A stretch of 64,000 nucleotides of DNA. It comes from Novosphingobium sp. GTDB taxonomy: Bacteria > Pseudomonadota > Alphaproteobacteria > Sphingomonadales > Sphingomonadaceae. The DNA lies in contig NZ_JANXWG010000139.1 of the NCBI RefSeq assembly GCF_025351285.1, positions 1,549 to 65,548 of the forward strand, given 5' to 3'. A model generated the notes under the pieces. It had not been told where the DNA came from, searched no databases, and saw nothing but the letters and a program-made list of their open reading frames with translations. Both the position numbers and the translations under genes were made by a program. Positions 32,590 through 41,432 of this stretch are shown here, one piece after another. Each line of letters starts with the position of its first letter. Positions within the stretch are counted from its first letter, which is position 1.

Positions 32590-35460
32590 ATGCACCGCCC
32601 AAACCTGACGATTTCAGTCCTTGCGCTTGGCGCTTCGCTCGCACTTTCCAGCCCCGCGTGGGCGGCTGCATCCGCGCCAGCGCCGCTGTCAGAACTCGTC
32701 AGCCACGTCGACATTCCGTACCAGACCTTTACGCTTGCCAATGGCTTGCGCGTGCTGGTGCACACCGATCGCAAGGCGCCGATCGTGGGCGTGACGCTCT
32801 ATTACCGCGTGGGATCGAAGAACGAACCGCGCGGAAAAACCGGCTTTGCGCACTTGTACGAACATCTGTTTTTCGGCGGTTCGGAAAACGTGCCCAACTT
32901 CGACGTGCCCCTGGAAGCCGTCGGGTCCACCCCCACCAACGGCTCGACCTGGTACGATCGCACCAACTATGTCGAAACCGTGCCGACCGGCGCGCTCGAT
33001 CTGGCACTGTTCATGGAAAGCGACCGCATGGGTCATTTGCTCGGCGCGGTCAGCCAGGACAAGCTCGATAAGCAGCGCGGGGTGGTCCAGAACGAAAAAC
33101 GGCAGGGCGACAACCAGCCGCTGGGACTGATGCGGTATGCGCTGGGAGACGGGCTGTTCCCGGTGGGACACCCCTATCGCCACACCACGATCGGATCGAT
33201 GGCCGATCTCGATGCGGCGAAACTCGACGATGTGAAGCGCTGGTTCGTCGATCATTACGGCCCCAACAACGTCGTGCTGGCGCTGGCCGGCGATGTCGAC
33301 ATGGCCACCGCAAAGCCGATTGTGGAGCGCTGGTTCGGCGCTATTCCCAAGGGCAAGGCCATTGCCCCCGTGGTGGCGCCGATCGTCACGCTGCCGGCCT
33401 CGGTGAAGCGCGAAATGACCGACCAGGTGCCCGATCTCAACCTGTTCCGCGCATGGTCCGGCCCGGGGCTCAACGATCCCGATCGCTGGCCGCTGGAAGT
33501 GGGCATGTCGGTGCTGGGCGGGCTTTCGAGCTCGCGGCTGGATAACGCGCTGGTGCGGGCGAATCCTGTCGCCGTCTCCGTTTCGGCCAACGCCGAAACC
33601 AGCGAGCAGATGAGCATCCTCCAGGCCTCGATGGACGTGAAGCCCGGCGTGTCGCGCGTCGAGGCCGAGGCGGCATTCGACAAGGTGATCGCCGATTACC
33701 TGGCGCAAGGGCCCAATGCCGACGAAGTGCGCCGCGCGGCCACCCGGCTGGTGGTCCAGCAGATCGACCAGCTCGAACAAGTCGGCGGATTTTCGGGCAA
33801 GGGCGCGCAATTGGCCGAGGGACTGCTGTACCAAAGCGATCCGGCGATCTACCGCAAGGACCTGGCCGCAATCGCTTCGCTCACACCCGAACGCGTCCAT
33901 GCGGTGTTGAAGAAGTGGCTGTCACGCCCGGTTCTGGCTATCGCGGTCACGCCGGGCGAACGCACCGAAAAGGGCGAGCAGCTTGGCGGCTGGGCCGATG
34001 GCGCGCCCGATCCCGGTGCCGCTGCGCCCAAGCCTCCGGCCGCCGCACCGATCGCCTACACACCCGGGCCACGCCGCGAAGCGCCGGGGGTCAAACCGAT
34101 CAAGGACCTTGAACTGCCGCCGATTGAGCACGCGACGCTGTCGAACGGCATCCAGGTTTCGTTCGTGCGGCGTACTGCGGTGCCCAAAGTGCTGGTCAAC
34201 CTCGACTTCGATGCTGGCTACGCTGCCGACACCGCCGCGACTCAGGGCACGCAATCGCTGATGCTCGCGCTGCTCGATGAAGGCACCGATGCGGCGGGTG
34301 GCAGCCGCACATCGATCGGCATTGCCGAAGCGCAGGAACGGCTTGGTGCCTCGATTGCCGCCGATGGTACACTCGATTCCAGCGCCGTGCGGCTTTCGGC
34401 ACTCACCACCAACCTGGCGCCAAGCCTGGCCTTGATGGCCGACGTGGTGCGGCATCCCGCCTTCGCGCCAGCCGAAGTGGCCCGGGTCAAGGCGCAGCGG
34501 CTGGCGGAAATCGCCGAGAATGCCGCGTCGCCGATCGGGATGGTGCGCGCGGTGATCGGCCCGATCGCTTACGGCACGGCGCACCCTTACGGCATTTCGC
34601 AAACCGGGCTTGGCACGTTGGCCACGGTGGAGAAGCTCGATCCGGCCAAGTTGCGCGCCGCGCACGACGCTTGGTTCCGGCCCGATCTCGCTAAAATCAG
34701 CGTGGTGGGCGATACCACGCTGGCGCAGCTTGTGCCGCTGCTCGAATCCACATTCGGCACCTGGAAGGCGCCCGCCACCCCGGCGCCGCACAAGGACCTG
34801 AGCGCGCCGGTGCCCGCCCCGCGCGCGCGGATCGTGGTGATCGACCGGCCCAATTCGCCGCAATCGGTAATCGCGGCGGTGCGGGTACTGCCGGTGGGCG
34901 GCGGCGATAACACTTACGCGCTCGATCTGGCCAACGGGGTGCTTGGCGATGGCTTCCTGTCGCGGCTCAACCTTGACCTGCGCGAGGACAAGGCCTGGTC
35001 CTACGGCGTGTCGAGCCAGATCGGTCAGCCCAAGGGTCCACGCATGCTGACCGTGTTCGCGCCGGTCCAGGCTGACAAGACCGGCGCCTCGATCGCCGCG
35101 CTGATCGCCGACATGAAGGCGTTCCCCTCGACCAAGGGCACCAGTTCAGAAGAACTGGCGCGCGTGACCGAAGGCAAAATCCGCGCCCTGCCCGGCGAAT
35201 TCGAAACCAACGCGCAAGTGCTGGCCGGGATCGTCAAAAGCCGCCGGCTCGGCCGACCCGAGGCCTATTACACCCAGCTTGCCAGCCACTACCGGGCGAT
35301 CGACGCCAAGGCGATCGACGCCGCGGCGGCGCAGTACCTGCAGCCGCAAGGCCTTGTCACCGTGGTGGTGGGCGATCGCAAGGCGATCGATCCGCAACTG
35401 AAGGATCTGGGCCTGCCGATCGAATACATGACTGTTGACAATCCTGTAGGTAACAACTGA
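32590..35460 (+). CDS. M16 family (pitrilysin-like) zinc peptidase, fused alpha/beta halves, exported
   Basis: Signal peptide; FTLANGLRVLVH, YRVGSKNEP.GKTGFAHLYEHLFF.GS (HxxEH), NGSTWYDRTNY, ESDRM, LREDKAWSYG. Confidence 0.93.
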   Translation: MHRPNLTISVLALGASLALSSPAWAAASAPAPLSELVSHVDIPYQTFTLANGLRVLVHTDRKAPIVGVTLYYRVGSKNEPRGKTGFAHLYEHLFFGGSENVPNFDVPLEAVGSTPTNGSTWYDRTNYVETVPTGALDLALFMESDRMGHLLGAVSQDKLDKQRGVVQNEKRQGDNQPLGLMRYALGDGLFPVGHPYRHTTIGSMADLDAAKLDDVKRWFVDHYGPNNVVLALAGDVDMATAKPIVERWFGAIPKGKAIAPVVAPIVTLPASVKREMTDQVPDLNLFRAWSGPGLNDPDRWPLEVGMSVLGGLSSSRLDNALVRANPVAVSVSANAETSEQMSILQASMDVKPGVSRVEAEAAFDKVIADYLAQGPNADEVRRAATRLVVQQIDQLEQVGGFSGKGAQLAEGLLYQSDPAIYRKDLAAIASLTPERVHAVLKKWLSRPVLAIAVTPGERTEKGEQLGGWADGAPDPGAAAPKPPAAAPIAYTPGPRREAPGVKPIKDLELPPIEHATLSNGIQVSFVRRTAVPKVLVNLDFDAGYAADTAATQGTQSLMLALLDEGTDAAGGSRTSIGIAEAQERLGASIAADGTLDSSAVRLSALTTNLAPSLALMADVVRHPAFAPAEVARVKAQRLAEIAENAASPIGMVRAVIGPIAYGTAHPYGISQTGLGTLATVEKLDPAKLRAAHDAWFRPDLAKISVVGDTTLAQLVPLLESTFGTWKAPATPAPHKDLSAPVPAPRARIVVIDRPNSPQSVIAAVRVLPVGGGDNTYALDLANGVLGDGFLSRLNLDLREDKAWSYGVSSQIGQPKGPRMLTVFAPVQADKTGASIAALIADMKAFPSTKGTSSEELARVTEGKIRALPGEFETNAQVLAGIVKSRRLGRPEAYYTQLASHYRAIDAKAIDAAAAQYLQPQGLVTVVVGDRKAIDPQLKDLGLPIEYMTVDNPVGNN

Positions 35461-35513
35461 AGGTATGCGCCGAACAAACGGCCGATCGTCGGCCCCAATA
35501 CCAGGAGAGAACG

Positions 35514-35813
35514 ATGTCCGTTGCCGGAACCTACGATTGCATGACCAGGACCCCGATGGGTGACCAGACTTCGAAGTTCACCGTGACCGTCGACGGCGAT
35601 ACCTTCACCGGTTCGAACTCGGGCGGGATGGGCTCGATGGATGTCGAAGACGGCAAGGTCGATGGCAACCGCCTGACCTGGAAGATGAAAATGACCGTGC
35701 CGATGCCGATGACGCTCGATGGCGACGCCACCATCGACGGCGATACGCTGACCGGCTCGGTCAAGGCCGGTGCGTTCGGCACCTTCCCGATGACGGGTAC
35801 GCGCGCGGCCTGA
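35514..35813 (+). CDS. Small all-beta hypothetical protein (Met/Gly/Thr-rich)
   Basis: RBS AGGAGAG; strong codon bias; alternating beta pattern (GTYDC..TPMG, G.VDGNRLTW, GAFGTFPMTGTR). Confidence 0.78.
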   Translation: MSVAGTYDCMTRTPMGDQTSKFTVTVDGDTFTGSNSGGMGSMDVEDGKVDGNRLTWKMKMTVPMPMTLDGDATIDGDTLTGSVKAGAFGTFPMTGTRAA

Positions 35814-35852
35814 GGCCGATCCAGCGTAGCGATTAACCCCCGCGAGTTCCTG

Positions 35853-37136
35853 TCAGGGATCCGCGGGGGTGTTCGGCGCGACGACAGCGCCACCCTTCAT
35901 CACCATACGGATATGGCGCAGGGCCGTCAGGTCCGTGGTCGGATCGCCATCGACGGCGATCAAATCAGCCAGCAGTCCCGGCCTGATCGCGCCGAGCTTT
36001 CCGGACAAGCGCAGCCAGCGGGCGTTGCCCGAGGTGGCGGCCATCAGCGCCTGCTCCCGCGTCATCCCGGCGGCAACCATCAGGTTCAGTTCGCGCGCGT
36101 TCTGGCCATGCGCGAACACGCCGACATCGCCGCCCACGCACATCGGCACACCCGCCTTCAGCGCCAGCCGGAAGCTTTCGCGATTGAGCTTCACCGCGGG
36201 CGGCGCGGGCTCGCTGCCGTCCCACCCACGATAGCGCGAGGAAGCATCGGACGCCGCCAGCGTCGGGCACAGCGCGATGCCTTTGGCCGCCATCGCCGCG
36301 AACACTTCGGGCGTGCCGCCATAGCCATGCTCGATCGTATCGACCCCCGTCGCAATCGCCCGGCGCATGCCCTCGGCGGTGGCGGCATGGACCGCCACCG
36401 GGCGCCCGGCATCGTGCGCGGCCGCCACTGCCGCTTTCATCTCATCGAGGCTCAGCGTCGGCCGGCTGTCCTCGCCCGGGCGCCAGCGGTAATCGGCGTA
36501 AAGCTTGATCCAATCGGCCCCAGCCGCAATCTGGCGGCGCACCGCCGCAACTGTCTGGTCGATGCCCGAGACTTCTTCCGCGCCTTGCGGGATATCGACA
36601 CCGGGTTCGAAACCCTTCGGGCCATAGGCGCCCAGCGCGACGATCGCGCGGGTTGCTACCGCCAGCCGCGGGCCGGGCACGATGCCGCGATCGATCGCCA
36701 GCTTCAGCCCGACATCGGCGTAGCCGGCGCCCTCGGTGCCAAGATCACGCTCGCTGGTAAAGCCGGCCAGCAGAGTCGCCTTCGCCTGCGCGACCGCGCG
36801 CGCGGTGCGCAGCGCCAGCGGTTCGTGCAGCACCTGATCATCCCAACTCGTTTCATTGTACGGGTGCAGGAACAAGTGGCCGTGCCCCTCGATCATCCCG
36901 GGCATCAGCGTGGTGCCGGGAAGGTCGATCGTACGCGCATCGGCGGGCGCCGCCACATCGGGCCCGACGCGGACGATCACATCGCCCGTGACAAGCACCT
37001 GCCACCCCGGATGGACCTTGCCGTCGACGCCATCGAACACGCCTGCCGGTTTCAACAGCAGCGATGCCGGCGCCGGCGGACTTGCGGCAGCCGCCGATCC
37101 CACAAGCAGCGCCGCGATTGTTGTCAGCCAGCGCAT
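35853..37136 (-). CDS. Exported amidohydrolase (Xaa-Pro dipeptidase-like, metal-dependent hydrolase A)
   Basis: Signal peptide; IDLPGTTLMPGMIEGHGHL, GFTSERDLG, GADWIKLY, VHA, TIEHG, GGDVG, G.LADLIAVDGDP. Confidence 0.88.
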   Translation of the reverse strand: MRWLTTIAALLVGSAAAASPPAPASLLLKPAGVFDGVDGKVHPGWQVLVTGDVIVRVGPDVAAPADARTIDLPGTTLMPGMIEGHGHLFLHPYNETSWDDQVLHEPLALRTARAVAQAKATLLAGFTSERDLGTEGAGYADVGLKLAIDRGIVPGPRLAVATRAIVALGAYGPKGFEPGVDIPQGAEEVSGIDQTVAAVRRQIAAGADWIKLYADYRWRPGEDSRPTLSLDEMKAAVAAAHDAGRPVAVHAATAEGMRRAIATGVDTIEHGYGGTPEVFAAMAAKGIALCPTLAASDASSRYRGWDGSEPAPPAVKLNRESFRLALKAGVPMCVGGDVGVFAHGQNARELNLMVAAGMTREQALMAATSGNARWLRLSGKLGAIRPGLLADLIAVDGDPTTDLTALRHIRMVMKGGAVVAPNTPADP

Positions 37137-37268
37137 GGTCGATCCCTTCATTCCGCATTTCACCCAGGGCCATGGATAGAGCCCTGCGGCAGCCACGCAA
37201 TCGGTTGATCATGCTGAGCAGGCACAATAGGCAGGGCGGCCTTCCCGAAGCCTTCTCAGGAGACCGCG

Positions 37269-38255
37269 ATGAAAGCCCGCCACGCCTTGATCACCCGCAC
37301 CGGCGGCCCCGAAGTGATCGAATGGCACGATATCGACTTGCCCGCCCCCGGTGCCGGCGAAGTGCTGGTTCAACACACCGCGGTGGGGCTCAATTTTATC
37401 GATACCTACTTTCGGCGCGGGATCTATCCGATGGAATTGCCCGGCGCACTCGGCGTCGAGGCGGCGGGACGCGTGTCGGCGATCGGTGCAGGGGTGACCA
37501 CGCTGGCGCCTGGTGACCGCGTGGCAACGTTCGGTCCCGGCCGGGGCGCTTATGCCACCGCGCGGAACTACCCGGCGGGCGTGCTGTTCAAACTGCCCGA
37601 CGCAATCGACGATGCCACGGCCGCCGCTGCGCTGCTCAAGGGCTGCACCGTCGAATTCCTGGTCGAGCGTTGCGGCAAGGTCCAGGACGGCTGGCCCGTG
37701 CTCGTCCATGCAGCGGCCGGCGGCGTCGGGCTCTTGCTGGTCCAGTGGCTCAAGCACGTGGGCGCGGCGGTGATCGGCACGGTCAGCACCGAGGCCAAAG
37801 CGGAGCTGGCGCGCGCGGCTGGCGCCGATCACGTCATCGACTATTCGCACGAGGATGTCGCAGCACGGGTGCGCGAATTGACTGGCGGTGCAGGCGTCCG
37901 GGTGACGTTCGACGGGGTCGGCATGGCGACCTGGGATGCCTCGCTCAAATCGACCGGCCAGCGCGGGCTGGTCATCAGCTACGGCAACGCCGATGCACCC
38001 GTGACCGGGATCAATCTCGCCGCGCTTGCCGGCGCCGGATCGCTGTTCACGACGCGGCCCACGCTGTTCGACTACTACGCCGATCCGGCCGAGCACGAAG
38101 CGGGCGCTGCGCGCGTGTGGAGCATGATCGCATCGGGTAAGGTCAAGGTCACGATCGGCCAGACCTATGCGCTCGAAAACGTCGCGCAGGCGCATGCCGA
38201 CTTGCAGGCGCGCAAGACCAGCGGGTCGACCGTGCTGGTGCCGACAGCCGTTTGA
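37269..38255 (+). CDS. qor: NADPH:quinone oxidoreductase (MDR family)
   Basis: GGPEV, AVGLNFIDTYFRRGIYP, LGVEAAG, LLKGCTVEFL, VLVHAAAGGVG, DGVG, SYGNA, SLFTTRPTLFDY, KTSGS.VL. Confidence 0.92.
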   Translation: MKARHALITRTGGPEVIEWHDIDLPAPGAGEVLVQHTAVGLNFIDTYFRRGIYPMELPGALGVEAAGRVSAIGAGVTTLAPGDRVATFGPGRGAYATARNYPAGVLFKLPDAIDDATAAAALLKGCTVEFLVERCGKVQDGWPVLVHAAAGGVGLLLVQWLKHVGAAVIGTVSTEAKAELARAAGADHVIDYSHEDVAARVRELTGGAGVRVTFDGVGMATWDASLKSTGQRGLVISYGNADAPVTGINLAALAGAGSLFTTRPTLFDYYADPAEHEAGAARVWSMIASGKVKVTIGQTYALENVAQAHADLQARKTSGSTVLVPTAV

Positions 38256-38307
38256 CGATCCCTTGGCAACGGCGCAGACAACGCATGTGTTCGCTGCGGG
38301 GGTTGCG

Positions 38308-39597
38308 ATGAAGTGTGTGCGGTTTGGCGGCCTGCTGGCGTTGGTGGCGGGTGCCATGCTGTGGGCGGCGCCGGCACTGGCCGACACGCTTTATGTCCAT
38401 GCCGGCAAGCTGATCGATCCCGAGAAGGGGACTGTGCAGACCGATCGGCTGATCCGGATCGACGATGGCCGCATCACTGCGGTGACGGCTTACGCTCCTC
38501 CTCCCGCAGGTGCGGTGCAGATCGACTGGAGCGCGCTGACCGTTCTGCCCGGCTTGATCGACATGCACACGCACTTGTCGGACGCGGAACAATCGAACAA
38601 CCCCGCCGAACCGCTGCTCCATTCCGAAGCCGATATCGCGTTCCTGGCGGCAAAGCACGCGCGTGATACGCTGGCGGCCGGTTTCACCAGCGTACGCGAT
38701 GTCGGCACGTTCCGCGCCTTCAGCGACGTTGCGCTGCGCAAGGCGATCGACGCCGGGCTGGTCGAAGGCCCGCGGATGAGCGTGGCGGGCGCCTATTTGA
38801 CCGTGCCCGGCGGCGGCGGTGAGGTGACGGGCCTGGCCGCCGATGTGCAAGTGCCGGAAATCATGCGGATGGGCGTGGTTTCCGGTTCAGAACAGATGAC
38901 CGTCAAGGCGCGGATGATGTTCCAGCGCGGCGCCGATTTCCTCAAGCTGATCGCCACCGGAGCAGTGCTGGCCGCGGGCACCGAGCCCGGCGCGCCCGAA
39001 TTGAGCGAGGCCGAAATGCACGCGGCGGTGCTCGAAGCGGCGCGCAACCGCAGCTATGCCACCGCACACGCGCACGGTGCCGACGGCATCAAGATGGCGA
39101 TCCGCGCGGGCGTGCGCTCGATCGAACATGCCTCGCTGATCGATGACGAAGGGATCGCGCTCGCCAAGACCAGGGGGGTGTGGCTGGTCATGGACATCTA
39201 CAATGGCGACTGGATCAACGAAGCCGGCGCGCGCGATGGCTGGCCGGCCGAGATCCTGCGCAAGAACCGCGACACCACTGATGCGCAGCGCGAGGGCTTC
39301 CGCAAGGCGGTGAAGGCGGGCGTCAGGCTGGCATTCGGCACCGATGCCGGAGTCTATCCGCACGGGCTGAATGCGCGCCAGTTCAAGTACATGGTCCGCT
39401 TCGGCATGACGCCGATGCAGGCGATCCGGTCGGCCACGACCGAGGCTGCCGCGCTGATGGGCAAGTCCGCCGATGTGGGCGCAATTTCACCGGGCCACTT
39501 TGCCGACATGATCGCCGTTGCCGGCAACCCGCTGGCCGATATCGGCGTGCTCGAACACGTCGATTATGTGATGAAAGGCGGCAAGGTCGTCAGGTGA
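38308..39597 (+). CDS. Exported amidohydrolase (Xaa-Pro dipeptidase-like)
   Basis: Signal peptide; VLPGLIDMHTHL, GFTSVRDVG, GADFLKLIATG, HAHGADG, SIEHAS, FGTDAGVYPHG, G.FADMIAV.GNPL.DI. Confidence 0.9.
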   Translation: MKCVRFGGLLALVAGAMLWAAPALADTLYVHAGKLIDPEKGTVQTDRLIRIDDGRITAVTAYAPPPAGAVQIDWSALTVLPGLIDMHTHLSDAEQSNNPAEPLLHSEADIAFLAAKHARDTLAAGFTSVRDVGTFRAFSDVALRKAIDAGLVEGPRMSVAGAYLTVPGGGGEVTGLAADVQVPEIMRMGVVSGSEQMTVKARMMFQRGADFLKLIATGAVLAAGTEPGAPELSEAEMHAAVLEAARNRSYATAHAHGADGIKMAIRAGVRSIEHASLIDDEGIALAKTRGVWLVMDIYNGDWINEAGARDGWPAEILRKNRDTTDAQREGFRKAVKAGVRLAFGTDAGVYPHGLNARQFKYMVRFGMTPMQAIRSATTEAAALMGKSADVGAISPGHFADMIAVAGNPLADIGVLEHVDYVMKGGKVVR

Positions 39598-39654
39598 AGA
39601 ACCTGCGCAAAATGCCGATGGCGGCGCCGCTTGGGCTGGAAGGATGAGGCAACC

Positions 39655-41346
39655 ATGAAAAGACTTTGCGCGTTGGCAATGGCGACCCTGCTTCTGACGG
39701 GCGCAGCCAAGCCCCAGACGTACGATGTCATCGTGCGCGGCGGCACGATCTACGACGGCACTGGCGGCACCCCCTATCGTGGTGATGTTGCGATCCGTGG
39801 TGACCATATCGTCGGCGTCGGCCACGTCTCGGGCACCGCGGCGCGCGTCATCGACGCCAGAGGCCTCGCCGTAGCACCGGGGTTCATCAACATGCTGAGC
39901 TGGGCCAACGAATCGCTGATCGCCGATCCGCGCGGGCTGAGCGACACGATGCAGGGTGTCACGCTCGAGGTCATGGGCGAAGGCTGGTCGATGGGGCCGT
40001 GGACGCCCGCAATGGCGAAGCTGGAGGAGGCGCGGCAGGGCGACATCAAGTTCAAGGTGCAGTGGTCGACGCTCGCGCAATACCAGGAATGGCTGACCAA
40101 GCGCGGCATCGCTCCCAACATCGCCAGCTTCGTCGGGGCGACGACGGTGCGTATCCACGAACTGGGCGAAGGCGATGTCGATCCAAACCCCGAGCAACTC
40201 AAGCGGATGCAGGCGCTGGTCCGCGCGGCGATGAACGATGGCGCGATGGGGGTGGGCAGTTCGCTGATCTATGCGCCCGCGACTTACGCCGAAACGCCCG
40301 AACTGATCGCGCTGGCCAGTGCCGCGCACCAGTGTGGCGGTATGTATATCAGCCACATGCGCAGCGAGGGCGACAAGCTACTGGAATCGGTCGACGAACT
40401 GATCGAGATTTCACGCAAATCGGGGGCGCCCGCCGAAATCTACCATATGAAGCAGGGCGGCAAGAGCGCCTGGGGCAAATACGATGCGATGGTGGCGCGG
40501 ATCGAGGCGGCGCGCGCATCGGGCCTGCGCATAACCGCCGATATGTACACGTACACCGCCGGTGCAACGGGTCTGGACGCGGCGATGCCGACGTGGGTTC
40601 AGGCCGGTGGCACCGAAAAGTGGATCGAACGGCTGAAGGACCCGGCCACGCGTGCGCGGGTGGTGGCCGAAATGAAGGCACCGGGCAATGGCTGGGAAAA
40701 CCTGCTGTTCAACACCGGCGGCGCAAACAAGGTGATCCTGCTGGCCTTCAAGAACCCGGCCTTGAAGTCGCTCACCGGCAAGACGCTGGCGCAAGTCGCG
40801 GCAATGCGCGGCAAGTCGCCCGAAGACACCGCGGTCGATCTGGTCATCGAAGACGGCACGCGCGTGGGCACCGCCTATTTCCTGATGGATGAGGCGAACG
40901 TCGCCAAGCAGACCGCGCTGCCGTGGGTGGCGTTCGGGTCGGACGCCGCGAGCCAGGCCCCCGAAGGCGTGTTCCTGAAAGCCAGCGCGCACCCGCGCAC
41001 TTATGGCAACGTCGCGCGGATGCTCGGCCACTATGTCCGCGAGCAAAAGACCACCACGCTGGCCGATGCGGTGCGTCGGCTGTCCGGGTTTCCGGCAAGC
41101 AACCTCGGCATCCGCGATCGCGGTGTGCTGAAGGCCGGCAACTTCGCCGATCTTGCGATCTTCGATCCCGCGACCGTGGGTGACACGGCAACCTTCGACA
41201 AGCCCCAGCAATTCGCCACCGGCATGCACCATGTTTTCGTCAACGGCGTGCAGATCCTGCGCAACGGCCAGCCGACGGGCGCAACCCCCGGCCGCGTGGT
41301 GCGCGGCCCCGGCTGGAAGCGCTGCACGTCCATTCCACCCTCCTGA
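39655..41346 (+). CDS. N-acyl-D-amino-acid deacylase-like amidohydrolase, exported
   Basis: YDVIVRGGTIYDGTG, DARGLAVAPGFI, SHMRSEG, YHMK, ADMYTYTA..T.L, GSD, HPRTYG, DRG.LK.G.FADL.IFDP, VFVNG. Confidence 0.85.
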   Translation: MKRLCALAMATLLLTGAAKPQTYDVIVRGGTIYDGTGGTPYRGDVAIRGDHIVGVGHVSGTAARVIDARGLAVAPGFINMLSWANESLIADPRGLSDTMQGVTLEVMGEGWSMGPWTPAMAKLEEARQGDIKFKVQWSTLAQYQEWLTKRGIAPNIASFVGATTVRIHELGEGDVDPNPEQLKRMQALVRAAMNDGAMGVGSSLIYAPATYAETPELIALASAAHQCGGMYISHMRSEGDKLLESVDELIEISRKSGAPAEIYHMKQGGKSAWGKYDAMVARIEAARASGLRITADMYTYTAGATGLDAAMPTWVQAGGTEKWIERLKDPATRARVVAEMKAPGNGWENLLFNTGGANKVILLAFKNPALKSLTGKTLAQVAAMRGKSPEDTAVDLVIEDGTRVGTAYFLMDEANVAKQTALPWVAFGSDAASQAPEGVFLKASAHPRTYGNVARMLGHYVREQKTTTLADAVRRLSGFPASNLGIRDRGVLKAGNFADLAIFDPATVGDTATFDKPQQFATGMHHVFVNGVQILRNGQPTGATPGRVVRGPGWKRCTSIPPS

Positions 41347-41432
41347 GAGAACCGATCGTCCGCCCGAGCGTTATGGCGCCAAGCGCGGCCTCGATCGGCG
41401 CCTCGCCCTCGAATTTCCGGAGCTCACTGCAC

